This document shows, piece by piece, positions 62,840-64,000 of a stretch of DNA of 64,000 nt. A model generated the notes under the pieces. It was not told the DNA's origin, made no database searches, and saw nothing but the letters and a program-made list of their open reading frames with translations. Every line of letters starts with the position of its first letter. Position 1 is the stretch's first letter. The stretch comes from Azolla caroliniana (taxonomy: Eukaryota; Plantae; Polypodiophyta): assembly GCA_043228905.1 (NCBI GenBank), contig JBHGNT010000007.1:4402001-4466000 (forward strand), read 5' to 3'. Both the position numbers and the translations under genes were made by a program.

Positions 62840-64000
62840 AAGATTGCTCCTAGTCATGGCAACTAAAGAAGGTTGCAAGGTGAGGTGACTTATGTGCATT
62901 AACAACTACGAGAAACAAGTGTTGACCTTCACTAGCGATTACGGACATGATGATGCCATGTACCAACTTATAGTCCTTGTGTGGTGCTCAAATAACGGTT
63001 ACAAATCAAGGAAGAGATGCAAGTACAACGAATGGTTGGTGGAGAAAAATTTAAAGAAACAAAAGATGGTCAAAAGGAGCTAGATTTGTGCAAGGTGCAT
63101 AGCTATGCGAAGGCAATAATCTTAGTTTCTCCAAATTCCGTGAATCACAAAAAACCGTAGTTGTCATGAGTTGCAAAGGGTTTGTGTCAAACTCTTAACT
63201 ACAATTGCACAATCATCGGTCTAGTTTTGTCATTCTTTCTTTTAATATCTGTACTTATATTATGTGTATGAGCATAATTTACTAGGTTGAAATAACAATG
63301 TTATTACGTATAGTGAGACATGGTTTGCAAAGGTTATTTGGCAAAAAAGGGATAGCATGAGCATTTGACTATTGTTTTCAAAACCCATAACCCATGGCCC
63401 TTTCTTCATACCTTGATTTGAGAGATTATAAGAACATGATATTTGACATATCTATCTAGGAGATTTATCTAGGAATAGTATGATGTTAAAATTTAGATTT
63501 CCTCCTAACTTCATGTCTCACACGATTCTCGATAAAATTGAGTGAACTCAATCTAGAGCTCCTCTATTTATAAAAGTTTGGATATTCAGGAGTCTTAGGT
63601 ATTGTAGCAATAGTAGCCTATCAAAAACTCTCTCGCATTAAGATAAATACTCTAACGTTGAAGTTCAATCCATTTCGTTTTTAGATTACACATGACTCAT
63701 ATGTCACACCAGACAAGAATATGAAAACATTGAGCATTTTCTTTCACGATGGCTTTTATCATATTTAACTCTTCCCATTTGTGAAGCCAATGTTTCGGGA
63801 CCAAACTCTTAATATGCATGATCTACTAAAAAACTATGAATATGTTTTTATAATTATAAACACAACATTAAGCTTGTGGAAAGCCTTTTCCAAAATCCAT
63901 ACCAAACCTTTTTCTCTTCTTCTTTTTGCGAGAAAAGTTATGCATACTTGAGTTTGAAGAAGTTGACATATACGCATTCCTAGACCAAACTCCTCATGCA

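Overview
AT-rich eukaryotic nuclear DNA from a land plant. The divergent proteins, dense (GA)n/(AT)n microsatellites and about one gene per 9 kb suggest a non-flowering vascular plant such as a small-genome fern; that assignment is inference. I reconstructed seven protein-coding genes by hand, six spliced and one intronless, each giving an intact frame: a CAR-type C2-domain protein (80-1327 +), a DUF2062 membrane protein (9256-13597 +, apparently with a GC donor), an intronless OVATE-family protein (15681-16769 +), the histone chaperone NASP (21185-24525 +, with a U12-type intron and a triple telo-box promoter repeat), an LRR-VI-type receptor-like pseudokinase (36380-32729 -), HMG-CoA reductase (45390-47639 +) and the lipid-A Kdo transferase KDTA (59066-51881 -). 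Intergenic and intronic DNA holds a hAT-type MITE whose right end plus TSD is triplicated, and a dispersed (CT)n-associated element made of two convergent tRNA-like heads. It also holds a fold-back element, eroded LINE, LTR and Sola-like transposase remnants, and many short tandem duplications. I found no operon-like or CRISPR system. The most novel-looking signals are the twin-tRNA-head repeat and the multi-ended hAT MITE. All family assignments come from motif recognition, not database searches.
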